Positions 10,437 to 21,302 of a DNA stretch of 64,000 nucleotides are shown here, piece after piece. The notes under the pieces were generated by a model, which saw nothing but the letters and a program-made list of their open reading frames with translations, ran no database searches and was not told where the DNA came from. The DNA is taken from positions 32,001 through 96,000 of the IMG/VR virus record IMGVR_UViG_3300037475_000032. One strand, given 5' to 3'. The position numbers were made by a program, and so were the translations under genes. Origin of the DNA: a virus. Each line of letters starts with the position of its first letter. Position 1 is the stretch's first letter.

Positions 10437-10916
10437 ATGAGCTTTAGCCTTTTGATCGAACACGGGGACTTGCCGCTCAACGGCACCTCTTTGGCAACCG
10501 TCGAAGGAGCGCACAAGCTCACCCAAGACCTGATGTGCGGGATCATGACCCCGATGGGGACTGACGAAGCCCATCCCGACTTCGGATCGCTCCTAGAAGG
10601 TGGCTTCACGGACGATGGACGCTACGTGGAGGGAGTCATCGGAAGTGAGGACTGGAACCGTGTGGCCCTCGTGGTGCAGTCTGAAATCCAGCGCATCTGC
10701 AATGAATACCAGCTACAGCAGATCTCTCGCAACCGCAATGACGCCGCAGTCTACGGAAAGACGACCCTGACGCCCTCCGAGATGCTTGTCGCCGTGGATG
10801 GGATTCAGCTACAGCAGGCGGAAGACAATCTACTCGTGACAGTGACCCTCAAGACCGGGAATGGACCGATCCAGGTTAACGTTCCAGTCGCAAGCGGGAC
10901 CGTAATCGGTACTTAG
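10437..10916 (+). CDS. Baseplate wedge protein (gp25/GPW-like)
   Basis: TPMGTDEAHPDFGS motif; precedes baseplate J. Confidence 0.7.
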   Translation: MSFSLLIEHGDLPLNGTSLATVEGAHKLTQDLMCGIMTPMGTDEAHPDFGSLLEGGFTDDGRYVEGVIGSEDWNRVALVVQSEIQRICNEYQLQQISRNRNDAAVYGKTTLTPSEMLVAVDGIQLQQAEDNLLVTVTLKTGNGPIQVNVPVASGTVIGT

Positions 10917-10917
10917 T

Positions 10918-13554
10918 ATGGCTACGACGACCCAATCAGAATTCGCACAGCAGTTGATCGCGCAGCTTAGGCTCCTCAACCCCTCCGTATCGGCCCTTGT
11001 AGGGACTCCTGAGCGCTTGATCCTAGATACTGTGGCCCAGGCCCTATCTGACTCTCAGATCGACCTCATAGGGCTCCAGAACGCCCTCAACATCGATACC
11101 AAGTTTGGGTCCAATCTCGACGCCTTCTTGGCGATGTTCGGATTTGCCCGTCAGACGAGTGCCAAGGCTAGCGGATTCGTCGTGTTCAGCCGCTCTAGCG
11201 TCGCCAACGTCAACATCACCATCCCACAGGGAACGCTCCTCCAGTGCAACGTCGTGACGCCCGAAGGAGTGAATGTACAGTTCACCACCACTTCGGCCGC
11301 CATCCTTGCAGCCGGGACGCTCCAGACGAGCCCCGTTCCCATCGAAGCCGTCAACCCCGGATCGAACGGCAACGTAGCTGCCAACACCATCACGATCATG
11401 ACGGGTAAACCGACCCTTGGGATCACGGCCGTCACCAACCCAGCAGCTACGAGCGGCGGCCAGGATCAGGAGGACGACAACAGCCTCAAGGTCAGGTTCA
11501 AGAACACCGTCTTCCGCAACCTCGCTGGTACGGAAGATCAGTTCCTTGCTCTCGCTGTCTCTACCGCGTTTTCTCAGAAGGCAAACGTCGTTGGCCCGAT
11601 CTCCCAGTACCAGGAGTACGTGCAGGTGCCAGCTACACAGGACTCGGAAGCCTACGCCTACGGTGGAGGCACTTCCTACTCCGGCACGCCGCCGTTTATC
11701 ATAACGACGGGCTCCACTACAGCCTCATCCACGACCCTTACTCTCCCGACAACGGCCGGAATCACGGCCACGATGCCGGTCATCATCTTTGGTGAAGGCG
11801 ACAACCCCGAAGAAGTCTTCTCCGGCACGGTCAACTCAGTGCTCACGGGCACGACCCTCAAACTGTCCGCCAACTGCTCCAAAACCCTCAACAACGTCGT
11901 TGTCTTCATCGGCACCCAGAACACGGCTGCCTACGTGGGCCAATGGACGACTGCGCTTTCGACCATCCCGTACGCAAAGAGCATTTGGAGCGCCAATCCG
12001 GTCTTCGTCTCCAATGGTCAGTTCGGTGTCGAAAACTACTTCTATCGCCAGGAAGTGGATTACAAGTTCAACTCCCCGGCTGCCTTCCAAGGAGACACGC
12101 TACGCGCGTACGTGGACGGCACAGGACTCAACCCGAAGACCAATGCTCTCGGGATGACGCAGCCGAACGTCACCCTCACCAACGTCTACACGGGCTCCAA
12201 CAACGCCGTCCAGGCTATTGCTCCAAGCCAAGTCGTCCTGTTGGAGTACGCCTACACGAGCACGTCATCGCGTAACGAACCGGCTCACAACGTCAACAAC
12301 GCCGTTGATGTGTACGTGGACGGGGGCAATGAGCAGCCAACGACCACCATCTTCACGGCCCCGACATCATCGGCCGGTGCAGCGTTCGTGGACAACCCCA
12401 CGAGCATGTACTACTACGAGAACTACCGCCGCGATGGTGAACCGACCAAGCGTCCGCTCGAAGGCAACCTTCTCACACCGCTCTACCAAGAGCCTGTCAC
12501 GAGCCTGCCGTCGCAGATCACCATTGGTGAATCGAACTACTACCTCGGGGAGCACTACTGGCTCGTCCACGACATCTCGGGCTACGCCGGAACCATCCGT
12601 GCTCGCAGTGGTATCGAGTGGAGCGCCGCTGTAGGTGGAGATAACACGTCTCTCGGCGTGCCGGTCAATGCGTTCGTCTCCCCACCGGCTTACAAAGGCA
12701 CGTTCTTCAACGCCCTTCCGGCTAACACCGCTGTCGAGGTGGAAAACTACACCTACGATCAGAACATCGCCGAACTCCAGGCCACGCTTGAAGGCGCTCG
12801 CCAGATCACCACGGACGTACTCGCCCACAAGGCGGTCCTTCGCTACTTCAAGCTCGATGTCACGGTTGTCTACAGCCCGTCAAGCTCCGTCTCGATGGTC
12901 AACAACGGTGTCCGCAACGCCGTTCAGACCTACCTCGAATCTCAGTACTTCGGAGCCGTCATCCGCCTCTCGGATCTTCTCCAGGTCATCCACGACGTTC
13001 CGGGTGTCGAAAATGTCCGTTGGTCCAACGACGTGCCCGCTACCTCATCGGCCATCAGGGTCTACGAAACCGACAACAACGGACTCCCGCTCCTACAGGC
13101 CACCATGGATCGTCGCCAGGTCGGTACAGCCTCCGCCAAGGAGATCCAGGGCCTATACGTCGCTGGTCAACCGAAACTAGGCCAGTTCAAGCTCACGTAC
13201 GGGGTCCACTCGCCTATCACTGTCACGATCTCCACCATGACGGCCTCCGCCATCCAGACCGCCATCAATGGCGTGCTTGGTGGAGGCACCGTTGCGGTCA
13301 CAGAGGATACGCGCTCGACCACAGAAGTTGCCTCACCCATTCGCTCGTTCCGCATCGAATGGAACACGAATGGCGCACAGGAACTTCCCCACATCACCAA
13401 CGAAATCAAGGAAGGTGAATACACCTTCGACACCGATTTCTTCTTGAGGGACGACGAGCTACCGACGCTCCCTGAAAACGCACAGACAACAGACACGGTT
13501 GCCGGTCTAATCATCCGACCACGCGCTGAGGGAACATGGCAGCGCGCGAACTAA
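10918..13554 (+). CDS. Baseplate J-like protein
   Basis: LDAF..MFG..R; IEAVNPGSNGNVAANTI; GGQDQEDD..L..R motifs. Confidence 0.85.
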   Translation: MATTTQSEFAQQLIAQLRLLNPSVSALVGTPERLILDTVAQALSDSQIDLIGLQNALNIDTKFGSNLDAFLAMFGFARQTSAKASGFVVFSRSSVANVNITIPQGTLLQCNVVTPEGVNVQFTTTSAAILAAGTLQTSPVPIEAVNPGSNGNVAANTITIMTGKPTLGITAVTNPAATSGGQDQEDDNSLKVRFKNTVFRNLAGTEDQFLALAVSTAFSQKANVVGPISQYQEYVQVPATQDSEAYAYGGGTSYSGTPPFIITTGSTTASSTTLTLPTTAGITATMPVIIFGEGDNPEEVFSGTVNSVLTGTTLKLSANCSKTLNNVVVFIGTQNTAAYVGQWTTALSTIPYAKSIWSANPVFVSNGQFGVENYFYRQEVDYKFNSPAAFQGDTLRAYVDGTGLNPKTNALGMTQPNVTLTNVYTGSNNAVQAIAPSQVVLLEYAYTSTSSRNEPAHNVNNAVDVYVDGGNEQPTTTIFTAPTSSAGAAFVDNPTSMYYYENYRRDGEPTKRPLEGNLLTPLYQEPVTSLPSQITIGESNYYLGEHYWLVHDISGYAGTIRARSGIEWSAAVGGDNTSLGVPVNAFVSPPAYKGTFFNALPANTAVEVENYTYDQNIAELQATLEGARQITTDVLAHKAVLRYFKLDVTVVYSPSSSVSMVNNGVRNAVQTYLESQYFGAVIRLSDLLQVIHDVPGVENVRWSNDVPATSSAIRVYETDNNGLPLLQATMDRRQVGTASAKEIQGLYVAGQPKLGQFKLTYGVHSPITVTISTMTASAIQTAINGVLGGGTVAVTEDTRSTTEVASPIRSFRIEWNTNGAQELPHITNEIKEGEYTFDTDFFLRDDELPTLPENAQTTDTVAGLIIRPRAEGTWQRAN

Positions 13555-13555
13555 C

Positions 13556-15574
13556 ATGGCATCCGAAGCTAACACCGTAACGCCCCCTGACTTCACCGGG
13601 GTTGTCAATCAGGAATTCTTCCTGGAGCCTCAGGGCGGCCCACAGGACCCGGTTTCCTACCTAGATCGTTTCCCTGAAACCATCTACAACAAGGGCCAGG
13701 ATTCAGTCCTCGTAGCCCTCATGTACACGCTGCTTGGTCCTGCCGGAATCGGATGGCTCAGGCAGAACTACCTCAAGGCACGTCTGGAGGTGGAAGCTAA
13801 CGGGCTCTCCACAGCCAATCTAGACGAACTCTACGCCAACCCTCTCTCATTCGCTCGTACGGCCGCTGAGACCTATGAGAACGACCCGGAAGGGCTTCTC
13901 ACGAACGCCGAATGGGAGAAAGTCAACGAATCTGATGCCGCCTACCGCAACAGGGCCATCGACTACCTCAAGGCTGTCAGGGCCGGAGGAACCCTCCAGG
14001 GAATCACGCTCGCTGCCAAGAGTGGGCTCAACATGCCCGTGGAGGTGGTGGAGAACTACCGCGCCCTCTACGACAACTTCTCCGATTCACCGCTGGGTCT
14101 CGAATGGATGGGTCTGACGCGCTCGACGGAAGAGGTAATCGTCTTGCCGCGTCAGAACCGCCCTCAGAGCGCCGTCCAGACGATCTCGTTCTCCAGCCCA
14201 GCCGTCCAGGGCTTTTTCACCATCGCTCTCCCGATGGGATCGGAAACCAACTCCACGACCGGGGAACTCGCCTACAATATCACCCGTAACCTCGTGCAGC
14301 AGGCGCTCGAAGCGCTTCCGGTCATTGGCAAGAACAACGTCATCGTGACAGGCGGCCCTCTCCCGGATGCAGCTATCGAAGTGTCCTTCACGGGCGAACT
14401 GGCAGACAGAGAAATCCCGGAGTTGCTTGTACGCCCCATTCCTACTGGCCCGAACGCCATGCTCAACGCCGAAGGTGAACTCGTTCACGCCCTTGTGGAA
14501 GTCGATCAGGTCGGAGTCGGAGCGGATGGTGAGATCGCCTCTATCCCGCCGATCAACTGGCATTACGCCACCAAGGCCATCGACAACATCAAGCCCATGA
14601 CGACCATCGTGACGCCCGGTAAAGCTCCTGGTGTCACCCAGCGTCAGGTCGCCAACGGCACCTTCACGGGATCGGCTTTCACCCAGGTCTTGCGCTATGT
14701 CACGGGCTCAACGTCCATCAAGTGGCCGCCTACGAGTGCCACTAACTGGATCGTCGCTGGCAAGGAGAAGGAGGCCCCCGTCTCCCAGTACGGCTCTAAG
14801 AGCAACTACGTCGGCTACCACAACGTAGCCAACATCGTCGCCTACACACAGCACGCACTCGAAGATGCCAACTACGAAACGGCCCAGTGGCCCACCGTGG
14901 AGGCGAAATACAAGGACGAACAGATCGGGACCTTCTCGCACTACCAGCAGGCCCTCTATCCGTTCCTCGCTGCCTTCAAGAACACAGACTTCACCTACGC
15001 TCCGCAGTACGCCTTGGCGAATCCGCCAAGCCCACTTACGGTGCAGTCAGTCGCTACCAACGGCAGTGCGGAATCCGTGCCGCTCATCGAAGGCATCTAC
15101 CCCACCTCCTACGGTAATCTGCCGGGCGTCCCGACCGTCTCGACCAAGGCACCGTTCTGGAGCGCCAACGAACGTACCGAAGGCACGGACTACCTGGAGA
15201 TCGACCTCGGAACCGTGCAGGCGGTCAACTTCATCAGCTTTGAAGCCTCCTCCAAGCCCTACAACATCGAAGTCGCCTACGATCTGCTTGACCTAGCGCC
15301 TGCACGCAAGTTCATCCCTGTCACCCTCATCCCCCAGACCGTAGCTCAGTCCGTCACAGCCCTTGGATACTCGGCCGGGAACATCAACCCGTGGGTCTCC
15401 GTCAACATCAACTTCACTAACTCACTGGGGTCCTTGATCTTCACTCGCTTCATCAGGATTGCTCTAGAGCGTCGTCTAGGGAAGGCTTCTCCCTTCGTGA
15501 CACGCGAAGGAGCCCTACTTCCTTACGGCCTTGAGGTACGAAACCTTCGTGTCGGACGCAACATCCCTAGTTAA
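13556..15574 (+). CDS. Baseplate wedge / minor tail protein
   Basis: DAAYRNR..GGTLQGI motif; C-terminal discoidin-like domain (DYLEIDLG). Confidence 0.6.
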   Translation: MASEANTVTPPDFTGVVNQEFFLEPQGGPQDPVSYLDRFPETIYNKGQDSVLVALMYTLLGPAGIGWLRQNYLKARLEVEANGLSTANLDELYANPLSFARTAAETYENDPEGLLTNAEWEKVNESDAAYRNRAIDYLKAVRAGGTLQGITLAAKSGLNMPVEVVENYRALYDNFSDSPLGLEWMGLTRSTEEVIVLPRQNRPQSAVQTISFSSPAVQGFFTIALPMGSETNSTTGELAYNITRNLVQQALEALPVIGKNNVIVTGGPLPDAAIEVSFTGELADREIPELLVRPIPTGPNAMLNAEGELVHALVEVDQVGVGADGEIASIPPINWHYATKAIDNIKPMTTIVTPGKAPGVTQRQVANGTFTGSAFTQVLRYVTGSTSIKWPPTSATNWIVAGKEKEAPVSQYGSKSNYVGYHNVANIVAYTQHALEDANYETAQWPTVEAKYKDEQIGTFSHYQQALYPFLAAFKNTDFTYAPQYALANPPSPLTVQSVATNGSAESVPLIEGIYPTSYGNLPGVPTVSTKAPFWSANERTEGTDYLEIDLGTVQAVNFISFEASSKPYNIEVAYDLLDLAPARKFIPVTLIPQTVAQSVTALGYSAGNINPWVSVNINFTNSLGSLIFTRFIRIALERRLGKASPFVTREGALLPYGLEVRNLRVGRNIPS

Positions 15575-15594
15575 GTTCTGCGGCCTAATAAGTG

Positions 15595-16434
15595 ATGCCC
15601 CTATCGATCTGCCAGAACTACAGCGGAGTCGTGATCGACCAGAATCACGCCCCTGCCTCTAGCACCGATTACCTCACCATCGGAAGCGCTTGGTGGTATC
15701 AGTCGTTCCGTCTGCCCGCCAACTACCGCTACGGCACCGAACCGGACGAATACCGCTACCCCGAACTCTCAGGCTTCCAGTTGTTCTGCGGGATCGATGA
15801 AGGCTTCGCATCCAGCGTCGAACTCAACTACACCTTCGACTACTACATCTTTGGCTCGGGTTGGAGCAACCTCGAAAAGGGCACGATCCAGGGCGCTCAT
15901 GCCTCCGGCCCGCAGGTCTGGATGGATGTCTTCTTCACCAACCCCGTCGAAATCACGAACACGATTGCCGGATCGCTCATTCGCTTCGGCTTCCAGTGCC
16001 CCAACCCCTCCGGTAAGGCAGTCGAGCGTGTCTGGTACTCCCAGCCAAACCCTCTCCCCACAGGTCAGGCGGCCCTTAGTCAGGACAGCTTCACTGAGCT
16101 TGAATCACCCCAGCACAACCACTACTCCTTCTGCTTCCGCACCCTTGGCCTCAGCGCCGACAGCGGGACGGACTTCCTCGGCAATCCCTACCGTTCCGTG
16201 GTCGTCCAGTCCACGGCCAACAACACCTCCACCACCAACGGGGTTAACTCCGGGTACTGGCTCTCCAGCCCTCAGCCGTCGCAGTTCGCCGTCGTCAGCA
16301 ACTACTTCGACGTGCGCCCTATTCCAGAGACCACCTACGGGCTCGTGAACGAGATCTTGAACCCCAGCTTCGAGTACGACAAGTTGGATACGAAGACGCC
16401 GTTCGGTTGGCACACGTTCGAAGGGGGGGTATAG
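15595..16434 (+). CDS. Minor tail protein (ends at the start of a CBM-like domain)
   Basis: Synteny; NEILNPSFE..GW near the C terminus. Confidence 0.6.
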   Translation: MPLSICQNYSGVVIDQNHAPASSTDYLTIGSAWWYQSFRLPANYRYGTEPDEYRYPELSGFQLFCGIDEGFASSVELNYTFDYYIFGSGWSNLEKGTIQGAHASGPQVWMDVFFTNPVEITNTIAGSLIRFGFQCPNPSGKAVERVWYSQPNPLPTGQAALSQDSFTELESPQHNHYSFCFRTLGLSADSGTDFLGNPYRSVVVQSTANNTSTTNGVNSGYWLSSPQPSQFAVVSNYFDVRPIPETTYGLVNEILNPSFEYDKLDTKTPFGWHTFEGGV

Positions 16435-16437
16435 GTC

Positions 16438-18927
16438 ATGCTCCCTAGCTCCGTTGTTCTACTCGACACGCTCGAACATGCCGAAATCAACTGGTTCGAA
16501 ACCGGGAACTGGTCGAAGATGGGATGGGCCGCAGATGCTATCGCTGCATCTGGAGAAGGCGCAACCATTACATCGGAATCTGCGACTGGCACGATCTTTG
16601 GTTCCTATTGGTCACATCAGGAATTCAACCACAGACAATTCGTGGAGTTTCAACAGGAATCGACCATCCACGAGCCATTCAGAATCGGTCCTCTGGGTAA
16701 AAACAAAGGCCAAGAAGAAATCACCGTGGGTGCGTTTGCTCTGTGGCTCTGTTACAACAACTCGACCCATTCGGGATATCGCTTCTACTTCAATAAGGAA
16801 GCGACCGTAGAAGAAGCTGACCCAACGTGGCAAGTGATGATTCGCAAGGTGACAAGCGGGTCGGAATCAACGTTGGCCGAAGTCAAAACAGTCGCTCTCC
16901 ATTCCGGCGAAAAGTACGCTGGTCAGCTAGAAGGCAAAGTACTTACGATCTGGAGAAAGAAGCCGTCTGAATTCGTCTTCAATGAAATCACTGAAAAAGG
17001 AGAAGAAATCCCCTTCCCATGGGAAGAACTTCTCAAAGTTACTGACAGTGGCTCGGCCTTCACATCGGGATTTGTAGGCTTCGATATCGAACGCCGCACA
17101 CAGCGCGGCAAAGCAGTTGCGCCTCATTTCACCACATTCAGCAACTCCTCATTCGAAGAATATGTTAGATCGGGTGCCGACGCTTCGGTCTCGACCGATG
17201 TATCCACGCGCATCATCACGAGGGGTCGCACCACTGCGGATTCGGCCGTAGAGACAGACGTGGGGAAGAAGGAAAGTCACGTCTCCAAGACCACAAGGGG
17301 AGACGCATCGGCGCTAGAAGACTTCTCTACCTTCTCCATGAAAGGCCATCAGTTCCTCTTGGAGTTTGCAAGAACTACGGACTCTGCTTCCAAGCTCGTA
17401 GCGCTTCCTCGCACCACTGCGGATTCGGCCGTTGTCGTAGATACGCTCGTAAGCTCCTTCTCGGCTCCGCCCATGAGGGTCGAAAACACATGGGCCGCTG
17501 GGGAAGGCAAGCAGTCACTTCGTTCAGTCTTCCACCTCGAACCCGGCAGACGTTTCGGTGTCGAGACGGCCACAGGCACAGGAGGTATGGGAGTCAAGGC
17601 CCAGAAGACCTACACGCTCTCAGCGGACTTCAATGTCAACCAGATCGAACCAGAAATGACGCTTGGCGTCGCTATCGCCTGGTTCACTGAAACCGGCACC
17701 TTCATGAGCCTTGCAGAAGGCAACCAGATCACATCGTCAGGACTTCATACCTCGACGGTCAGTGCAGAAGCACCCATCGGTGCCGCTTTTGCCTGCGCCC
17801 AGCTTGCTGTCACCAATCATGCTTCGATCAAACAGACCATCGATTTCTACTCCGACGACATCATTTTCACTGCTTCACCCACTCCGGTTCCTTACTTCGA
17901 TGGTGACACCATCGGTGTCAAGTGGGAGGGCCAGTTCGGGCAGTCTGGATCTGTACAGGTCGAAGATGGTGGGCCAGGTGAAAACACCGTGGTCATCGAT
18001 AGCGTCTTGCTCGATCCTCTCACTCCGAACATCGCCTTCTCCGTCTACTACTCCACTGAGGGCACCGCCGAAGAAGAAACCACGGAGACTGAATGGGAGA
18101 GGAAGCTCTGGACTCGCGTCCCCAAGACCTTCATCGCCAATCAGCGTCAGACCTACGTGTTCCCCGAACCGATCACGGCGAAGTTCGTCAAGATCGAGTA
18201 CAGCTTCTTGCAGGCCCAGAGTTACAACCCTGGACAGAATCAGCTACCGACGACGTACAAGAAGTTCCCCAAGTGGGTCGCAGACTTCTTCATCGCCCAG
18301 ATGGAGGAACCACAGTTCATCGCCAACACCGTGGGAGTCAAGTACGACGCTCTCGATTTCGCCTACAACTACTTCCTCGATGATCTCGGTCAGTTCCCCG
18401 CATCGCCGGTCCCGGCTCCAAGCTCAGAGACCTCGACGCTCACGCAGTTCTTCAACACCGAACTCGAAACTAACAAGGTAGACCCTGAAACGCTGGCGAA
18501 GATCAACCTCGTGATGCAGACGTACACGCAGCCTCCTGGAGCACAGGCATCCTCCAGCACCCTGCTTGGCAGCAAGGTGCGTCAGATCGCTCTCTCGACA
18601 GTCAACTACCCGGTCGAGAAAGAAGCCGTCACGCCCGCTGAAAACCTATCTGCGGTATCGACCCTCAGGCGAGACAACATCGTCTTTGAGCAGGGCCTAC
18701 CGATCATGTACTTCTTCCTCACCTGCCGTCACTACTACAAGGAACTGACCGCAATCTTCGAGCACAACCGAGCCTACTTTGCCGGGGTCAAGGAGATCGC
18801 GTTCATACGTGACAACTACACCACAACATATGACGGCGAACTTTACATCGAGACAGGTGGAGACGACACGAACACGGAACGCAACGACTTCGTAGTTGAA
18901 CCTGAAACAGGATGGTTCACGTACTAA
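16438..18927 (+). CDS. Minor tail protein with CBM-like domain; in frame with upstream gene
   Basis: 829-aa ORF; RTTADSA repeats; IDFYSDDI..PYFDGD. Confidence 0.6.
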   Translation: MLPSSVVLLDTLEHAEINWFETGNWSKMGWAADAIAASGEGATITSESATGTIFGSYWSHQEFNHRQFVEFQQESTIHEPFRIGPLGKNKGQEEITVGAFALWLCYNNSTHSGYRFYFNKEATVEEADPTWQVMIRKVTSGSESTLAEVKTVALHSGEKYAGQLEGKVLTIWRKKPSEFVFNEITEKGEEIPFPWEELLKVTDSGSAFTSGFVGFDIERRTQRGKAVAPHFTTFSNSSFEEYVRSGADASVSTDVSTRIITRGRTTADSAVETDVGKKESHVSKTTRGDASALEDFSTFSMKGHQFLLEFARTTDSASKLVALPRTTADSAVVVDTLVSSFSAPPMRVENTWAAGEGKQSLRSVFHLEPGRRFGVETATGTGGMGVKAQKTYTLSADFNVNQIEPEMTLGVAIAWFTETGTFMSLAEGNQITSSGLHTSTVSAEAPIGAAFACAQLAVTNHASIKQTIDFYSDDIIFTASPTPVPYFDGDTIGVKWEGQFGQSGSVQVEDGGPGENTVVIDSVLLDPLTPNIAFSVYYSTEGTAEEETTETEWERKLWTRVPKTFIANQRQTYVFPEPITAKFVKIEYSFLQAQSYNPGQNQLPTTYKKFPKWVADFFIAQMEEPQFIANTVGVKYDALDFAYNYFLDDLGQFPASPVPAPSSETSTLTQFFNTELETNKVDPETLAKINLVMQTYTQPPGAQASSSTLLGSKVRQIALSTVNYPVEKEAVTPAENLSAVSTLRRDNIVFEQGLPIMYFFLTCRHYYKELTAIFEHNRAYFAGVKEIAFIRDNYTTTYDGELYIETGGDDTNTERNDFVVEPETGWFTY
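17226..17432 (+). repeat. 24-bp direct repeat TCGCACCACTGCGGATTCGGCCGT (17226-17249, 17409-17432)
   Basis: Exact match; encodes RTTADSAV. Confidence 0.85.
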
Positions 18928-21302
18928 TGGCAAACGAACGAGTCAACATCCCGATCTCTGAGGACTTCTTGATCCGCAACATGCACGGCTACGACGTGTA
19001 TGAAGGCTCTGTGCGCGAAATCATGGCGAACCAGAACCACGTTGACATCCGCACGTTTGCCAACGAATCGGGTGAGTCGTGGACCACCGGAACCTTCGGC
19101 TCCAGCAGCGAAACCAACCACTTCCCTCGTCTCAAGCTCAACGTCATCCCAGGCTCGATTGAAAGCGCCTCGGTCACCCCTACCCACACGGTTGATCTTC
19201 TCACGGGCTTCGCGGCTACCGACTTCATCTCGATCTCGCTACCCTCCTTCCCGCTCAGCGTCATCAACACGACCACGAGCTTCATCGACTTCACTTCGCA
19301 CCCAGAAGGCAACTTTACCGAAGGTCCGACGATCTCCGTCCCCTTTAACTCCAGCCTTGCGACACTCACCAACGGCAACTGCGAATTCCGCATCGAGCGA
19401 GCGACTATCGAAAGCAACCCGCTCGTGAACCTTGAAAAGATCACGGCCGTTCGCTTCCGTATCCAGGGAACGGGCAGCGGCACGCTCACGCTCATGGGCT
19501 TCCGTCTCCTCGACTCCGAATGGCAGCAGGGACCCATCGATTACGACAACTGGAATGGTCGCTGGGACAACACGGTGCCTGCAAACGGCAATCCCTCCAA
19601 TCCTCCGGCCTTCGGGCAGCCTATCCTCTGGCGCTCAGATGATCCGAGTGGTGAAAATGACCCACGTCCTATCGATAGCCAGTTCGGGATCATCTTCTAC
19701 ACGGGTGCGCAGGAACACAACAACACCTTCTCCCTATTCCTCCGTGAAGTCTCTGAGGCGTTCTTGACGCAGCTAGACCTCGATGGCACGACGATGAGTG
19801 GCCTAGATGGCAAGCCACAACCCGACCTCGGAGTCAGTGAGTACGCCCCACGTCTCATGTCTGACATGGATCGCTTCGAGATGGAACAGCTTGACACCAT
19901 GGACATGTTCGACATCGAGCGTATCCCCGATCCAGTCTTCACCGGCTGGATTCAGTTCACCTTGCAGTGGGGTATCTCGAACTCCCTGACTGTCACCAAC
20001 TCATCCAACCCCGGATACGTCTTCAACAACGTCCCAAACCTTACCAGCAACACCCACTACCTGCTTGTCTGCACCCTCGAAGGCAACAACGCTCGTGCGC
20101 AGATCTACGAAGTGAACGGCACGACGTTCGCCATCAACCCCAGCGTCGTATTCGACACCACGCTCATCAACGACGACAACCTATTCAAGCGCCGCAAGGG
20201 TCGTGTGGGTTGGCAGGCCACGCTCGGAGACAACAGCGCCTACATCGCCCACATCCGTACACGCCACACCTCATTCGCCGAGTACATCTCGTCGCCGTTG
20301 AGTAGCGTCACGCCGGTCAAGGGAGCCCAGCTATTCGCGGACTACACGCAGAACACGGAGCTATGGGAGGGCTTCAATCCAGCCCCGCAGAACACGAAAA
20401 CCGGATCATCGCTCACACGAGACACGGCCCGCTCGACTTCGGGTGAAAGCTACCGCATCGACAACTACGGAGCCGTCAACCAGGGCTTTGAAACCAACCC
20501 CCTCAACTTCACTGACTTCACACAGTCAGAAATCTCGTTCGACCTCTGGTATCCAAGTGCTCTCATTCAGGAGGCAGAAGCGAAAGGTGAAACACCGGGC
20601 CTTCTCCTCCAGTTGATGGGCCTCTACCAGAACCCGACTTTCAGTCTCATCATGCCGGAGATCATCCCGGACCAGTGGCAGCATGTCAGTGGTATCAATC
20701 TCGCTAACTACGCCCTCAACCAGACGGGTGAATACGCGCTGCTCATCACTCAACCATCAGCCTCGGCGGGTAGCTGGTGGATCGACAAAATGAACGTCTT
20801 TGAGCGAGCCGTGCAGTGGAGCGCTCGATCCGTTGTCAGCAACCCGTGGGAAAGCAACTTCGCACCATGGACGGACTTCCGTGAGTTGGTGAACTCACAG
20901 ACGAGTGGCATCTTGTTCAGCCCTCAGGGCAAGGATCTCCAGATGCGAGGACGAGCCCTGCGCCAGGACGCCAATATCGTCGGGCCTCCCAAGCTCGTAC
21001 CCACATATGCGGAACTAGGACGCCTTGTGTGGCCGGAAAACGCCCTCAAAGGACTCACCCCTCCTACGGCTAACTACCCCAATCCAACGCAGATCGCGGG
21101 TCTCGAATACAGCTTCACAAGTTCGTCTACGCCGGGCACAGGGGGCATCGTGCTCTACGAATGGACCTTCGGGGACGGCGCACGCGCTACGGGTCCTCAT
21201 GCCACGCACACCTACTTGGCCCACGGAACCTACCAGGTAACTTTGACCGTTACTGACCGTAATGGACAGCAGGCCAACCACACCGAACCGTTGGTAATCT
21301 AA
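18927..21302 (+). CDS. Minor tail protein with C-terminal PKD domain
   Basis: YEWTFGDG..HTY..GTYQVTLTVTD. Confidence 0.75.
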   Translation: MANERVNIPISEDFLIRNMHGYDVYEGSVREIMANQNHVDIRTFANESGESWTTGTFGSSSETNHFPRLKLNVIPGSIESASVTPTHTVDLLTGFAATDFISISLPSFPLSVINTTTSFIDFTSHPEGNFTEGPTISVPFNSSLATLTNGNCEFRIERATIESNPLVNLEKITAVRFRIQGTGSGTLTLMGFRLLDSEWQQGPIDYDNWNGRWDNTVPANGNPSNPPAFGQPILWRSDDPSGENDPRPIDSQFGIIFYTGAQEHNNTFSLFLREVSEAFLTQLDLDGTTMSGLDGKPQPDLGVSEYAPRLMSDMDRFEMEQLDTMDMFDIERIPDPVFTGWIQFTLQWGISNSLTVTNSSNPGYVFNNVPNLTSNTHYLLVCTLEGNNARAQIYEVNGTTFAINPSVVFDTTLINDDNLFKRRKGRVGWQATLGDNSAYIAHIRTRHTSFAEYISSPLSSVTPVKGAQLFADYTQNTELWEGFNPAPQNTKTGSSLTRDTARSTSGESYRIDNYGAVNQGFETNPLNFTDFTQSEISFDLWYPSALIQEAEAKGETPGLLLQLMGLYQNPTFSLIMPEIIPDQWQHVSGINLANYALNQTGEYALLITQPSASAGSWWIDKMNVFERAVQWSARSVVSNPWESNFAPWTDFRELVNSQTSGILFSPQGKDLQMRGRALRQDANIVGPPKLVPTYAELGRLVWPENALKGLTPPTANYPNPTQIAGLEYSFTSSSTPGTGGIVLYEWTFGDGARATGPHATHTYLAHGTYQVTLTVTDRNGQQANHTEPLVI

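Noticed and set aside
16423-16429. G7 tract as a phase-variation switch joining two tail genes
   Set aside because: The two ORFs are already in the same frame; a +/-1 slip enters non-productive frames.
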